Positions 26,546 to 34,917 of a DNA stretch of 44,121 bases are shown here, piece after piece. The translations under genes and the position numbers were made by a program. Each line of letters opens with the position of its first letter. The first letter of the stretch is position 1. The stretch comes from Acidimicrobiales bacterium (lineage in GTDB: Bacteria; Actinomycetota; Acidimicrobiia; Acidimicrobiales; CADCSY01): contig DASUCO010000094.1 in NCBI GenBank assembly GCA_036275955.1, positions 1-44,121 of the forward strand. Direction: 5' to 3'. The notes under the pieces were generated by a model that searched no databases, had not been told where the DNA came from, and was given only the letters and a program-made list of their open reading frames with translations.

Positions 26546-27121
26546 GTGCCACGAACGAGCGACACGAAGTCGAGGATGACGCGTCACGCGATCGCCCTGC
26601 TCCAGGAGCGCGGCGTCAACGGCGTCACCATCGACGCTGTGCTGGCGGCGAGCGCCGCCCCCCGAGGGTCGGTCTACCACCACTTTCCCGGGGGCCGCGC
26701 CGAGCTGGTGCACGAGGCCGCGCGGGCCTCGGCAACCACGATGACCGACTTCATCCGGCATGGCGCGCAGGCGCCGCTGCAGCGACTGATCGACGACTTC
26801 GTGGACCTGTGGCGCCAGGCCCTCCTGCGCAGCGACTTCCGGGCCGGCTGCCCGATCGCGTCCCTCATCGCCGAGACGGCCGACGAACTGCGCGCCAGCG
26901 TCGACCTCGCCGCACGCACCTTCGACGAGTGGATCGACCTCCTGCGCGACGCCCAGATCGCCCAGGGCTGCGATCCCGACGAGGCCACCGGCCGGAGCGT
27001 GCTGACCGTGGCCGCCGTCGAGGGCGCGATCACCCTGTGCCGGGCGCGTCGTTCGATCGATCCGCTCGAACTCGTCGCCGCTCAGCTGCACCGCCTCGCG
27101 GACATCCCCGAAGGCCGCTGA
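26546..27121 (+). CDS. TetR/AcrR family transcriptional regulator
   Basis: Last 191 aa of ORF 25019..27121. HTH region: TIDAVLAASAAPRGSVYHHFPGGRAEL. GGGAGGG lies 5 nt upstream of GTG 26546. Confidence 0.85.
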   Translation: MPRTSDTKSRMTRHAIALLQERGVNGVTIDAVLAASAAPRGSVYHHFPGGRAELVHEAARASATTMTDFIRHGAQAPLQRLIDDFVDLWRQALLRSDFRAGCPIASLIAETADELRASVDLAARTFDEWIDLLRDAQIAQGCDPDEATGRSVLTVAAVEGAITLCRARRSIDPLELVAAQLHRLADIPEGR

Positions 27122-27150
27122 CCCGCCCCTGACCCCGCGTCGGCTCGGGC

Positions 27151-29667
27151 TCATGCCCGGTCGGGGGCCGGCTCCACTCGGGCCGGCACGTGCTTGTGCC
27201 ACGGCGAGCCGAAGTGGTGATCGACGTCCTCGGCGGAGGTCAGCTCGTTGAGCGCCACGCCGACGACGCCGGTGTCGGGGTGGTGCACCCCCATGCCGTT
27301 GGGAAGGGAGACGTGCCCGGGCTGCATCATCTCAGTGATCTCGACCGGCGCCACCGCGGAGCCGGCACGCGTGGTGACCCGCGCCGGGGCGCCCGCCTCG
27401 AGGCCGAGACGCCGGGCGTCGTCGGGGTTCATCCTCAGCGCGCCCTCCGGGTCGCGGCGGCGCCAACGGGGATCGCGGATGATCACGTTGGCCGTGAACG
27501 AGCGCCGCTCGCCGGCAGAGAGGACGAACGGGAACTCCGGTGACGTGTGCTCGTGCGCGATCGCGTCGAACCCCTTCAACTCCTCCAGCAGCTCGGGGAT
27601 GACGAGGTCGAAGCGGCCTCCGGGAGTGCGCACGTAGTCCCAGGCGGCCTCGTACGGGTCGTCGGTGAACACGACTCCCTCGCCCGTGGCGAGCAGCGCG
27701 TCGAAGAGCGCGTCGCCACGGCGGAAGCCTCGAGCGGTGAAGCCGGCGCGGGTGACGGCGTCCCGGTGGGCGATGGCCGCGAGGTGGCACAGGCCCCAGG
27801 CGGTCGCCGTCGCCTCGCGACCGAGGCCGAGCTCGGCACCCAGGGTGCGGTGCAGCAGGTAGGGCGTGAGCCCACGCAGGTCGGAGCGCGCCCGCACCGT
27901 GGCGAAGAACGCGAGGGCGAAGCTCGCCCGGCCCACCCGCGCGGCGGCGCGCAGGTCGGCGAGGACGCCCGAGGGTACGGCCTCGAGTCGGTCGAGGATC
28001 TCGGCGTAGATCCAGGGTTCGTCGCGGGTCCCCGCCAACGCCGGCATCAAGGGACGACGCAGCTGCGCCGTGTTGTGCGGGAAGTGAAGGGTGAACAGCG
28101 AGAGCTCCCACTTCTCGAACTGGCTGCTGGCCGGGAGCACATAGTCGGCGCAGCGTGCCGTCTCGGTCATGGCGACATCGATCACGACGCTGAGCTCGAG
28201 GGCCTCGAAGGCCTGACGGAAGCGCGCCGAGCCCGGCAGGGAGTGCACGGGGTTCGACGCCTCGACCCACAGGGCCCGCACGCGGTCGGGGTGGTCGGTG
28301 AGGATCTCGTCGGGCAGGGCGGCGGCGGGCATCATGCCGGCGAGCACGCGGGCCCCTGACACGGCGGTGCGCTCGGGCAGGTGCTCGAGCGAGAGGACGT
28401 CGGCGAGCTCCTGCGCGAGGGGGACGCCGACGGAGTCGAAGAAGGCGTCGAGCGCCGCCGCGGCCGCGACCTCGGTGGCGGCGCGCAGCGGACCGCGCGC
28501 GAGCGCAGCGACGGCGCGGCGCAGCGGCGCGGCGCCCAGGCGCATCAGGGGCATCGCGACGGCACCGATCGCGGCTCGGTGCGCACCACGGTCATCCCCG
28601 CCCGTGGCGTGCCAGCGGCCCGCGAGCGGGAAGAGCCACGAGTGCATGCTCATCCCGCCGGGCTTGGCGTAGTGGCCGCCCAGGATCCACAGCATCTTCA
28701 GCACGTAGGAGTTGAGCGTGCTGTTCGGTGCCTGCTGGATGCCGAGGTCCTCGTAGGTGGCGACGCTGCCCGACGTGCCGATGCGCCGGGCGGCCGTACG
28801 CAGCAGGGTCTCGTCGACGCCGCAGACGGCGGCGCAGCGCTCGACATCGACGCCGGCGTAGAAGCCGAGGAGCTGCTCGGCGCCCCTCGTGTGGCGCTCG
28901 AGCCAGGCGTGGTCGACCAGGTCCTCCTGCACCAGCACGGCGACCAGACCGACGAGGCACCACAGATCGGTGCCGGGGCGCACCCGCAGGTGGATGTCGG
29001 CCATCGCGGCGGTCTCGGACAGGCGAGGGTCGATCACGATCATCGACCGCTCCGGGTCGCGCGCGATCTCGCGCAGCGTCACCCGCGCCCGCGCCACACC
29101 GTGCGACTGCCAGGGGTTCTTGCCGATGAAGACCGAGACCTCGGCCCGTTCGAAGTCGCCGACGGTGTGGCTGCCGTAGAGCCGGGCGTCGACGTAGGCC
29201 TCGCCCGTCTTCTCCTGGGCGAGGGCGTTGGAGTAGCGCGTGACGCCGAGGTGGTTCATCAGGCTCCGCGCGTGGGAGCCGCCGAGGTGGTTGCCCTGCC
29301 CCCCGCCGCCGTAGAAGGCGACCGAGGCGCCACCGTGCTCGGCCCGCAGCGCCGCGAGTCGCGCGGCGATCTCGTCGAGTGCCGTGTCCCAGCCGATCGG
29401 CTCGTAGGTGCCGTCGGGGCGACGCCGCATCGGCGTGTCGAGCCGGTGGGCGCCGTTCTGGTAGCGATCGAGCCGCAGCGGCTTCTCGCAGGTGTAGCCC
29501 TGCGACGCCGGATGGCGCTGGTCGCCGCGGATCTTCGCGAGGCGCCCGTCCTCGACGGCCACCTCGAGACCGCAGTTGCACTCGCAGAGGATGCACGCGG
29601 TCTGCTGCCACACCGGCTCGTCACGCTCGCCCGCCGGTCGGTGGTCGCTGGTCGTCCGCACATCCAT
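27151..29667 (-). CDS. Molybdopterin-dependent oxidoreductase (MopB superfamily, BisC/formate-dehydrogenase-like)
   Basis: ORF 27151..29676. It has an N-terminal FeS Cys cluster (ACILCECNCG...GYTCEKP) and is about 840 aa long. ATG 29667 was chosen (CATAGT + 7 nt). GTG 29676 is the alternative. Confidence 0.85.
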   Translation of the reverse strand: MDVRTTSDHRPAGERDEPVWQQTACILCECNCGLEVAVEDGRLAKIRGDQRHPASQGYTCEKPLRLDRYQNGAHRLDTPMRRRPDGTYEPIGWDTALDEIAARLAALRAEHGGASVAFYGGGGQGNHLGGSHARSLMNHLGVTRYSNALAQEKTGEAYVDARLYGSHTVGDFERAEVSVFIGKNPWQSHGVARARVTLREIARDPERSMIVIDPRLSETAAMADIHLRVRPGTDLWCLVGLVAVLVQEDLVDHAWLERHTRGAEQLLGFYAGVDVERCAAVCGVDETLLRTAARRIGTSGSVATYEDLGIQQAPNSTLNSYVLKMLWILGGHYAKPGGMSMHSWLFPLAGRWHATGGDDRGAHRAAIGAVAMPLMRLGAAPLRRAVAALARGPLRAATEVAAAAALDAFFDSVGVPLAQELADVLSLEHLPERTAVSGARVLAGMMPAAALPDEILTDHPDRVRALWVEASNPVHSLPGSARFRQAFEALELSVVIDVAMTETARCADYVLPASSQFEKWELSLFTLHFPHNTAQLRRPLMPALAGTRDEPWIYAEILDRLEAVPSGVLADLRAAARVGRASFALAFFATVRARSDLRGLTPYLLHRTLGAELGLGREATATAWGLCHLAAIAHRDAVTRAGFTARGFRRGDALFDALLATGEGVVFTDDPYEAAWDYVRTPGGRFDLVIPELLEELKGFDAIAHEHTSPEFPFVLSAGERRSFTANVIIRDPRWRRRDPEGALRMNPDDARRLGLEAGAPARVTTRAGSAVAPVEITEMMQPGHVSLPNGMGVHHPDTGVVGVALNELTSAEDVDHHFGSPWHKHVPARVEPAPDRA

Positions 29668-29674
29668 GGCAAGC

Positions 29675-29692
29675 ACTATGGCTTACTCCATA
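29675..29692. promoter_or_regulatory. Candidate TetR operator overlapping the promoter/start of the Mo-oxidoreductase
   Basis: Inverted repeat TATGG(29677-29681)-N6-CCATA(29688-29692) within ACTATGGCTTACTCCATA. A related site lies at 26463-26480. Confidence 0.4.
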
Positions 29693-29769
29693 CCATTCCT
29701 CAACCGATCGCGCGGTCGGCGCCGTTCGCCGACGCCTCCGAGGCACGGCGCGCCTCGCGGCGGCCTGGC

Positions 29770-29880
29770 TCAGATCCGGCCGGCGGGCGGCGCCTCGAGC
29801 AGGACGTCGGGCACGTGGCGGGCGGTCGTGGTCGCGCGCCCGGCGCATCCCGTCGCGACGCCGTCGGCTGGAGCAGCACC
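29770..29880 (-). pseudogene. Decayed relic of the 3' end of prfC (direct repeat of 34918..~35040)
   Basis: 29770-29840 aligns without gaps to 34918-34988 (the prfC stop plus its last codons), with 60 of 71 positions identical by hand count. Minus-strand translation gives RATTTARHVPDVLLEAPPAGRI* against prfC RATKTARDLPDVLLEALPAGGG*. Homology continues with indels to about 29880. Confidence 0.7.
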
Positions 29881-29972
29881 ACCCACACAAGTGCGCGGCC
29901 GCGTGAGGTCGCGACGTCGATCGATAGCGGAGCCGAGAGGACGGGCGCCGCAGCGCCCTACGATGGGCGCCG

Positions 29973-30635
29973 ATGCCCTCCCGCCGTCCCCGCGCCTGCG
30001 ACCCGTCCGGCCCCGAACCCCGTGTCTACGCGGGGCTCTCGGCGCGCGAGCGCGACGCCGAGCGGCGCCAGCGGTTGCTGGACGCGGCCCTCCGGCTCTT
30101 CGGGACGGCGGGCTACGCAGCCACGTCGGCCGACCGCGTGTGCACGGCGGCGAAGGTCTCGACGCGGCACTACTACCAGCTCTACGCCAACAAGGAGGAC
30201 CTGCTCCTCGACCTCTACGCCTCGATCACGCAGGCGTCGATGGAGCTGGTCGCCGCCTCGTTGGAGGCGACGCTCGACGAGCATTTCAGCGTGCGGCTGA
30301 CCGCGGCGATCCGCGCCTACCTCGGGCCGATCCTCGAGGACCCGCGGGTCGCGCGGATCGCCTTCGTCGAGGTGGTCGGGGTCAGCCCCCGGGTCGAGGC
30401 CCGCCGCCTGGAGTTCCGCAACGCCATCGTCGCCCTCGTCGAGGCCGAGGGCGCGCGGGCCGTCGAGCGCGGCGAGCTGGGCCCGCGCGACTTCCGCTTC
30501 CTGGCCCTGTGCTTCAACGGCGCGACGAACGTCGTCGTGCAGGACTGGGGCATCGACGGCGGCGGCGGCGCGGCCGAGACCCTGCAGGACGACCTGTGCC
30601 GGGTGGCGCTGCGACTCTTCGGCGCCGACGCCTGA
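29973..30635 (+). CDS. TetR/AcrR family transcriptional regulator
   Basis: ORF 29973..30635. HTH region: TSADRVCTAAKVSTRHYYQLYANKEDLL. TACGAT lies 8 nt upstream of the ATG. Confidence 0.8.
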   Translation: MPSRRPRACDPSGPEPRVYAGLSARERDAERRQRLLDAALRLFGTAGYAATSADRVCTAAKVSTRHYYQLYANKEDLLLDLYASITQASMELVAASLEATLDEHFSVRLTAAIRAYLGPILEDPRVARIAFVEVVGVSPRVEARRLEFRNAIVALVEAEGARAVERGELGPRDFRFLALCFNGATNVVVQDWGIDGGGGAAETLQDDLCRVALRLFGADA

Positions 30636-30654
30636 CCCCGGCCGCCGACGACCC

Positions 30655-30683
30655 TTGCCAGGACGCAGCGGGCGGCTTACGTT
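30655..30683 (+). promoter_or_regulatory. Sigma-70-like promoter giving a leaderless FG-GAP mRNA
   Basis: TTGCCA (30655-30660), a 17-nt spacer, TACGTT (30678-30683), then 6 nt to ATG 30690. No SD is present. Confidence 0.45.
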
Positions 30684-30689
30684 CTCCCC

Positions 30690-31829
30690 ATGCGAAACGT
30701 GCGTCTTTCACTTGTGGTCGCTGTCGCCCTCGCGCTGGCGTCCGCACCCGCCGGGGCGGCGACGCCGTGGTTCGGCCCGCGCATCGACTCCGCGATCGCC
30801 AACTCGGCGGGCCCCGGACCGGCCCCGCGGGGCGCGGCGAGCGGCGACGTGGACGGCGACGGCCGCCCCGACCTGGTCTCGATCGGCGACGTCACGTTCG
30901 GCGACCTGCGCGTCTCGCGCGGCCTGGGCGACGGCCGGTTCGCTGCCGCCACGACGATCGCCGGGTCGCGTCAGACCCAGGGCCTCGACGTCGGCGACGT
31001 CACGGGCGACGGTCGGTCCGACGTCGTCGCGATGAGCACCTCGGAGGTGAAGGTCTTCGCCAACGACGGCACCGGCGCCTTCGCCCTGCGCGACACCCGG
31101 CCCCTCACGCTGGGCGGCCAGGTGCAGCCGCTGCTCGTCGACCTCGACGGCGACGGCGACCTCGACGTCGTGGCGCCCACGTTCACCGCCATCCAGACGC
31201 TCCTCAACGACGGCACCGGCCGGTTCGCGAACGGCCCCACCACGCAGATCGCCGGCGCCGCCGTGCTGTCGGCGATCACCGTCGCCCACCTCGATACGGG
31301 CCGCACCCCCGACCTGTTCGCCGTCGACGGCTTCTCCGGCGCGACCTTCGCGCTCACCGGCGACGGCGACGGCACCTTCACCAAGCGGGGGACGCTCCAC
31401 GCCACCTCGTTCGTGCCCGAGGACGTCGCCGCGATCGACCTCGACGGCGACGGCTTCGACGACGCCGCGGTGGTCGGCTCCTTCAGCTTCTCCCTCACCA
31501 CGGGGCTGACCGACGGCACCGGCCGCTTCACCCGCACCACCGGCAACGCCTACCAGTACGGCGGACCCGGACCGACGAGCGCCGCGGTGGTCGACCTCGA
31601 CGGCGACGGCCGCGACGACCTCGCCGTCTCCTCGCTCGCCGATCCCACCGCCGGCACGATCACGGTGTTCGCGGGCAACGGCACCGCGAAGCCCACGAGG
31701 GTCGGCACCGTCGCCACCGCCCGCTTCCCGCAGAACCCCGTGCCGGCCGACTACGACGGCGACGGCGACACCGACCTCGCGGTCGTGGCACCGGGCACGA
31801 TCTCGTTCCTCCCGAACACCGCCTCGTGA
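30690..31829 (+). CDS. Secreted FG-GAP/VCBS-repeat (integrin-alpha-like beta-propeller) protein
   Basis: ORF 30690..31829. It has a signal peptide (LVVAVALALASAPAGA-AT). Ca-binding-type DxDGDGxxD motifs recur (DVDGDGRPD, DLDGDGDLD, DLDGDGFDD, DLDGDGRDD, DYDGDGDTD), together with related variants (DVTGDGRSD, TGDGDGTF). Confidence 0.85.
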   Translation: MRNVRLSLVVAVALALASAPAGAATPWFGPRIDSAIANSAGPGPAPRGAASGDVDGDGRPDLVSIGDVTFGDLRVSRGLGDGRFAAATTIAGSRQTQGLDVGDVTGDGRSDVVAMSTSEVKVFANDGTGAFALRDTRPLTLGGQVQPLLVDLDGDGDLDVVAPTFTAIQTLLNDGTGRFANGPTTQIAGAAVLSAITVAHLDTGRTPDLFAVDGFSGATFALTGDGDGTFTKRGTLHATSFVPEDVAAIDLDGDGFDDAAVVGSFSFSLTTGLTDGTGRFTRTTGNAYQYGGPGPTSAAVVDLDGDGRDDLAVSSLADPTAGTITVFAGNGTAKPTRVGTVATARFPQNPVPADYDGDGDTDLAVVAPGTISFLPNTAS

Positions 31830-31840
31830 ACGGAACACCG

Positions 31841-33082
31841 ATGCTGCGCAACCGTGTGGCCCGCACCGTCGGCGCCGTCGCGGTGGCGCTGGGCCTGGTG
31901 GTCACCGCCGCCGCGGCCCCGGCGCTCTCCGCCGCACCGCCGATCCCCGAGGACGACCCGTTCTTCGCGGCCCCCGCCGACCTCGCGGCGCTCGCGCCCG
32001 GGCAGGTGGTCAGGTCGCGACCGGTGACGATCAAGGCGTTCGAGCTGCCCGTGCCCGCCGACGCCTGGCAGCTGGTCTACCGCACCTCCGACCGCCTCGG
32101 CCGGCCGACCGTCACGGGGACGACGGTCATCGTGCCGCGCACCCCGTGGCGGGGTCGCGGCCCCCGTCCGCTCGTGTCCTACCAGACCGCCGAGGACGGC
32201 GTCTCGACCCGCTGCGCGCCGTCGTACGCACTGACGGCTGGCGTCGCTGGAGGCTTCACGGGCTCGTACTCCGAGGCGCCGGTGCTGCTCGGGCCGCTGT
32301 CGCTCGGCTGGGCGCTGAGCGTGCCCGACTACGAGGGCATGGCCTCGCAGTTCCTGGTCGCGGACGTGGCCGCGAAGGCGGTGCTCGACGGCGTCCGGGC
32401 GGCGCGGAGCTTCGCCCCGGCGGCGCTCGCGTCGTCGCCGGTCGCGCTGTGGGGCTACTCGGGCGGCGCCTTCGCCAGCGCCAACGCCGCGCAGCTGCAG
32501 GCCTCCTACGCCCCGGAGCTGCCGATGCGCGGGGTGGCGCTGGGCGGGCTGCTGGGCAGCGTGCGAGCCACCATCGACGCCTTCGACGGCAGCATCGCCG
32601 GCAGCGCGGTGCCGATGGGCGTGCACGGTCTCGCGCGCTCCTACCCGGAGCTCGACCTGCCGCAGTACCTCAACGACCTGGGCCGCGACCTGTACGCGGC
32701 CACCGCCGCCGACTGCCTCTTCGACGCCGCGGCACGGCGCCCGTTCCTGCGGGTCTCGCAGATCACCCGGGTGCCGCAGCCGTTCGACGTCCCGGCGGTG
32801 GCGGCGATGCTGCGGGCGAACTCCCCGCAGTTCCGGCCGGGGGCGCCGACCGCGCCGGTGTACGAGTACCACACGCTGCTCGACGAGTTCGCGCCCATCG
32901 GGCCGGCGCGCGCGACGCTGCGCAACTACTGCGCGGCCGGCACCCCGGTGCAGCACGCCACCAAGCTGCTCGGTGAGCACCTCACCGAGATCGTCGCGGG
33001 CATCCCGGGGGCGTTGGCGTTCCTGTCGGCCCGTTTCGCCGGTCGCGCGCCGGTCGACGGCTGCGCGGGGCTGCGGCGATGA
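31841..33082 (+). CDS. Secretory lipase (LIP family) with signal peptide
   Basis: Last 413 aa of ORF 29576..33082. It has a signal peptide (AVAVALGLVVTAAAAPALSA), the nucleophile elbow GYSGGA, and the overall look of the LIP family. Confidence 0.8.
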   Translation: MLRNRVARTVGAVAVALGLVVTAAAAPALSAAPPIPEDDPFFAAPADLAALAPGQVVRSRPVTIKAFELPVPADAWQLVYRTSDRLGRPTVTGTTVIVPRTPWRGRGPRPLVSYQTAEDGVSTRCAPSYALTAGVAGGFTGSYSEAPVLLGPLSLGWALSVPDYEGMASQFLVADVAAKAVLDGVRAARSFAPAALASSPVALWGYSGGAFASANAAQLQASYAPELPMRGVALGGLLGSVRATIDAFDGSIAGSAVPMGVHGLARSYPELDLPQYLNDLGRDLYAATAADCLFDAAARRPFLRVSQITRVPQPFDVPAVAAMLRANSPQFRPGAPTAPVYEYHTLLDEFAPIGPARATLRNYCAAGTPVQHATKLLGEHLTEIVAGIPGALAFLSARFAGRAPVDGCAGLRR

Positions 33083-34770
33083 GGCGGGGGTGGGTGCCCG
33101 CGGTGGCGCTCGGCGTCCTCGGGCCGCTCCTTGCCGGCGCGCTGGTCGCTCCGTCGTCCGCGGCGGCGCGCACGTGGTACGTCCGTTCCGGCGCGGACAG
33201 CGGCACCGGCACGTCGTCCGCGCCCTTCTCGAGCCTCGCCCTCGTCGAGAGCGCCAGCCGGCCGGGCGACACCATCGTCGTGCTCGCGGGCGCGGTGCCG
33301 CTCGACGGCGGCATCGCCTTGAAGCCGGGCCAGACGCTGCGCGGCGTCGGCGATCCGGCACCGACGCTGACCAACACCACGCCGCGACTGGACGGCGACG
33401 CGGTGCGCCTCGCCGACGCGACCACCGTGGCCGACCTGCGCTTCTCCGGCACGCGCCGCGGCGCGGTCTACGGCCTCGACGTCACAGGGGTGCGGGTGAG
33501 CCGCACCGAGGTGACGGGGCACAACACCTCGTGCACGCCGGGCTTCCTGATCCCCGCCTTCAACGCTCCGACGAACCTGCCGGGCGTGGGTGTACCGATC
33601 GCGACCGGCCTGCAGAACGGGTGGGCGGGCATCCAGATCGATGCCGCGTCGCGCCGGGGGTTCACGGCCCGCATCGATCACAACCGGGTGCACGACGCCG
33701 ACTGCGGCGACGGCATCGACGTCCGCGTGTGGGGGGACGCCGATGGCACGGTGGCGATCACGGACAACGCGATCGCCTCGCTGCGCCAGGGGCCCGGGTT
33801 CATGTCGCTGCTCGCGATCGGCCTCCAGGTGCGCGACCGGGCGCGGCTCGTGGCCGGCGTCCACCGCAACACCCAGGAGCTGCTCGGCCAGCCGCGCGAC
33901 GTCGACTTCGCCGCGCACGGCGCCGACTCCGAGGGCGTCTTCCTCAACGCCGTCGGGCCCGCGTCGCTCGACGCCGTCGTCACCGGCAACCGGTACACCA
34001 ACACCTTCGGCTGGGGCGGTTTCTCGGCCAACGGCCTGGAGATGGTGTCGATGGGTTCGGGCGCGCGGATGCGGGCCGTCGTGCGCGACAGCAGCTTCTC
34101 GGGCGCACCGGGCGACCTCATCGAGCACGGCGCCCTGGGCACCGACGCGGTCATGGACATGACGCTGGAGCGGGTCACCGCCGAACGCTCGACCGGCGTC
34201 GGCAACACCTACCTGCTGCCCTTCAACAACGGCGACTGCGTGCTGGCCGGCAGCCTCGGCGCTCGCAACACGGTGACGCTCACCGTGCGCCGCAGCGTGC
34301 TGCGCGACTGCTCCAACAACGGGCTGTCGCTGGGCAGCAACGTGGTCAACGGCAGCGGCGCGACGACCGCGCTGGCGGCGTCCGTCAGCGACTCGGTGAT
34401 CACCGGCAACCGGGGCGCGAACGTCGGCGTCCGCAACTTCACCGGCCTCGGCTCGCTGTCCTTGCGCATCGAGCGCACCGACCTCAGCCGCAGCGGCGGT
34501 CTCGGCTCGGGCGTCGCGGCCTTCTCGGCCGAGGACTTCGGCAGCACCGGCACCAGCACGGTCGACATCGGCGGCGGTCGGCTCGGCAGCCGCGGCGGCA
34601 ACTGCCTGTCCGGCGGCCTGCTGCTGGCCGACGCCGTGCGGTACCCGGTCAGCGCCCGCGGCAACTGGTGGGGCGCCCCGGGCGGACCCGGCCCCCTGCG
34701 CACCCTTGCCCTCGGCGCCGCCCTCGACACCACCGCACCCCTCGCCGCACCCCCTCCCGCCTGCCGCTGA
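33079..34770 (+). CDS. Secreted right-handed parallel beta-helix repeat protein
   Basis: ORF 33079..34770. It forms an ATGA overlap with the lipase stop and has a signal peptide (LLAGALVAPSSAAA-RT). Gly/Asn/Ser/Val-rich segments recur, e.g. ITDNAI, VTGNRY, ITGNRG and NNGLSLGSN. Confidence 0.7.
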   Translation: MRRGWVPAVALGVLGPLLAGALVAPSSAAARTWYVRSGADSGTGTSSAPFSSLALVESASRPGDTIVVLAGAVPLDGGIALKPGQTLRGVGDPAPTLTNTTPRLDGDAVRLADATTVADLRFSGTRRGAVYGLDVTGVRVSRTEVTGHNTSCTPGFLIPAFNAPTNLPGVGVPIATGLQNGWAGIQIDAASRRGFTARIDHNRVHDADCGDGIDVRVWGDADGTVAITDNAIASLRQGPGFMSLLAIGLQVRDRARLVAGVHRNTQELLGQPRDVDFAAHGADSEGVFLNAVGPASLDAVVTGNRYTNTFGWGGFSANGLEMVSMGSGARMRAVVRDSSFSGAPGDLIEHGALGTDAVMDMTLERVTAERSTGVGNTYLLPFNNGDCVLAGSLGARNTVTLTVRRSVLRDCSNNGLSLGSNVVNGSGATTALAASVSDSVITGNRGANVGVRNFTGLGSLSLRIERTDLSRSGGLGSGVAAFSAEDFGSTGTSTVDIGGGRLGSRGGNCLSGGLLLADAVRYPVSARGNWWGAPGGPGPLRTLALGAALDTTAPLAAPPPACR

Positions 34771-34795
34771 CGCCGGCGGGCCCTCGACGTACGAA

Positions 34796-34850
34796 GCCCC
34801 CAGCACAACGGTCGTCCTCGCGGCTGGAAGGCGACGGTTCGGCTGGGGGC
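34796..34850. terminator. Long imperfect hairpin between convergent beta-helix gene and prfC
   Basis: GCCCCCAGC (34796-34804) pairs with GCTGGGGGC (34842-34850). There is partial inner pairing (AAC.GTCG.CCT with AGG.CGAC.GTT). Confidence 0.45.
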
Positions 34851-34917
34851 GTCGAGCGACGGCGTCGAACGAGGAGCGGCGACGACGGACGACGGCGGGG
34901 CGCGCGCCGGGTGCGCC

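Noticed and set aside
29621-29890. Small minus-strand ORFs (29621..29890 and 29700..29888) in the gap upstream of the Mo-oxidoreductase
   Set aside because: They are Arg-rich and lie in frames different from the recognisable prfC relic. They are more simply explained as chance ORFs over a decayed gene fragment.
29576-31840. N-terminal ~750 aa of the 1168-aa plus-strand ORF 29576..33082
   Set aside because: The sequence is Arg/Pro/Gly-rich nonsense that overlaps the TetR and FG-GAP genes in other frames. Only the last 413 aa, from ATG 31841 with a signal peptide, look like a real lipase-family protein.
29881-34917. Search for an integrase, transposase, tRNA or terminal inverted repeats that would make the repeat-flanked block a bona fide mobile element
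   Set aside because: None was found in any frame. I therefore describe it only as an island-like insertion with a duplicated prfC end, not as a mobile element.
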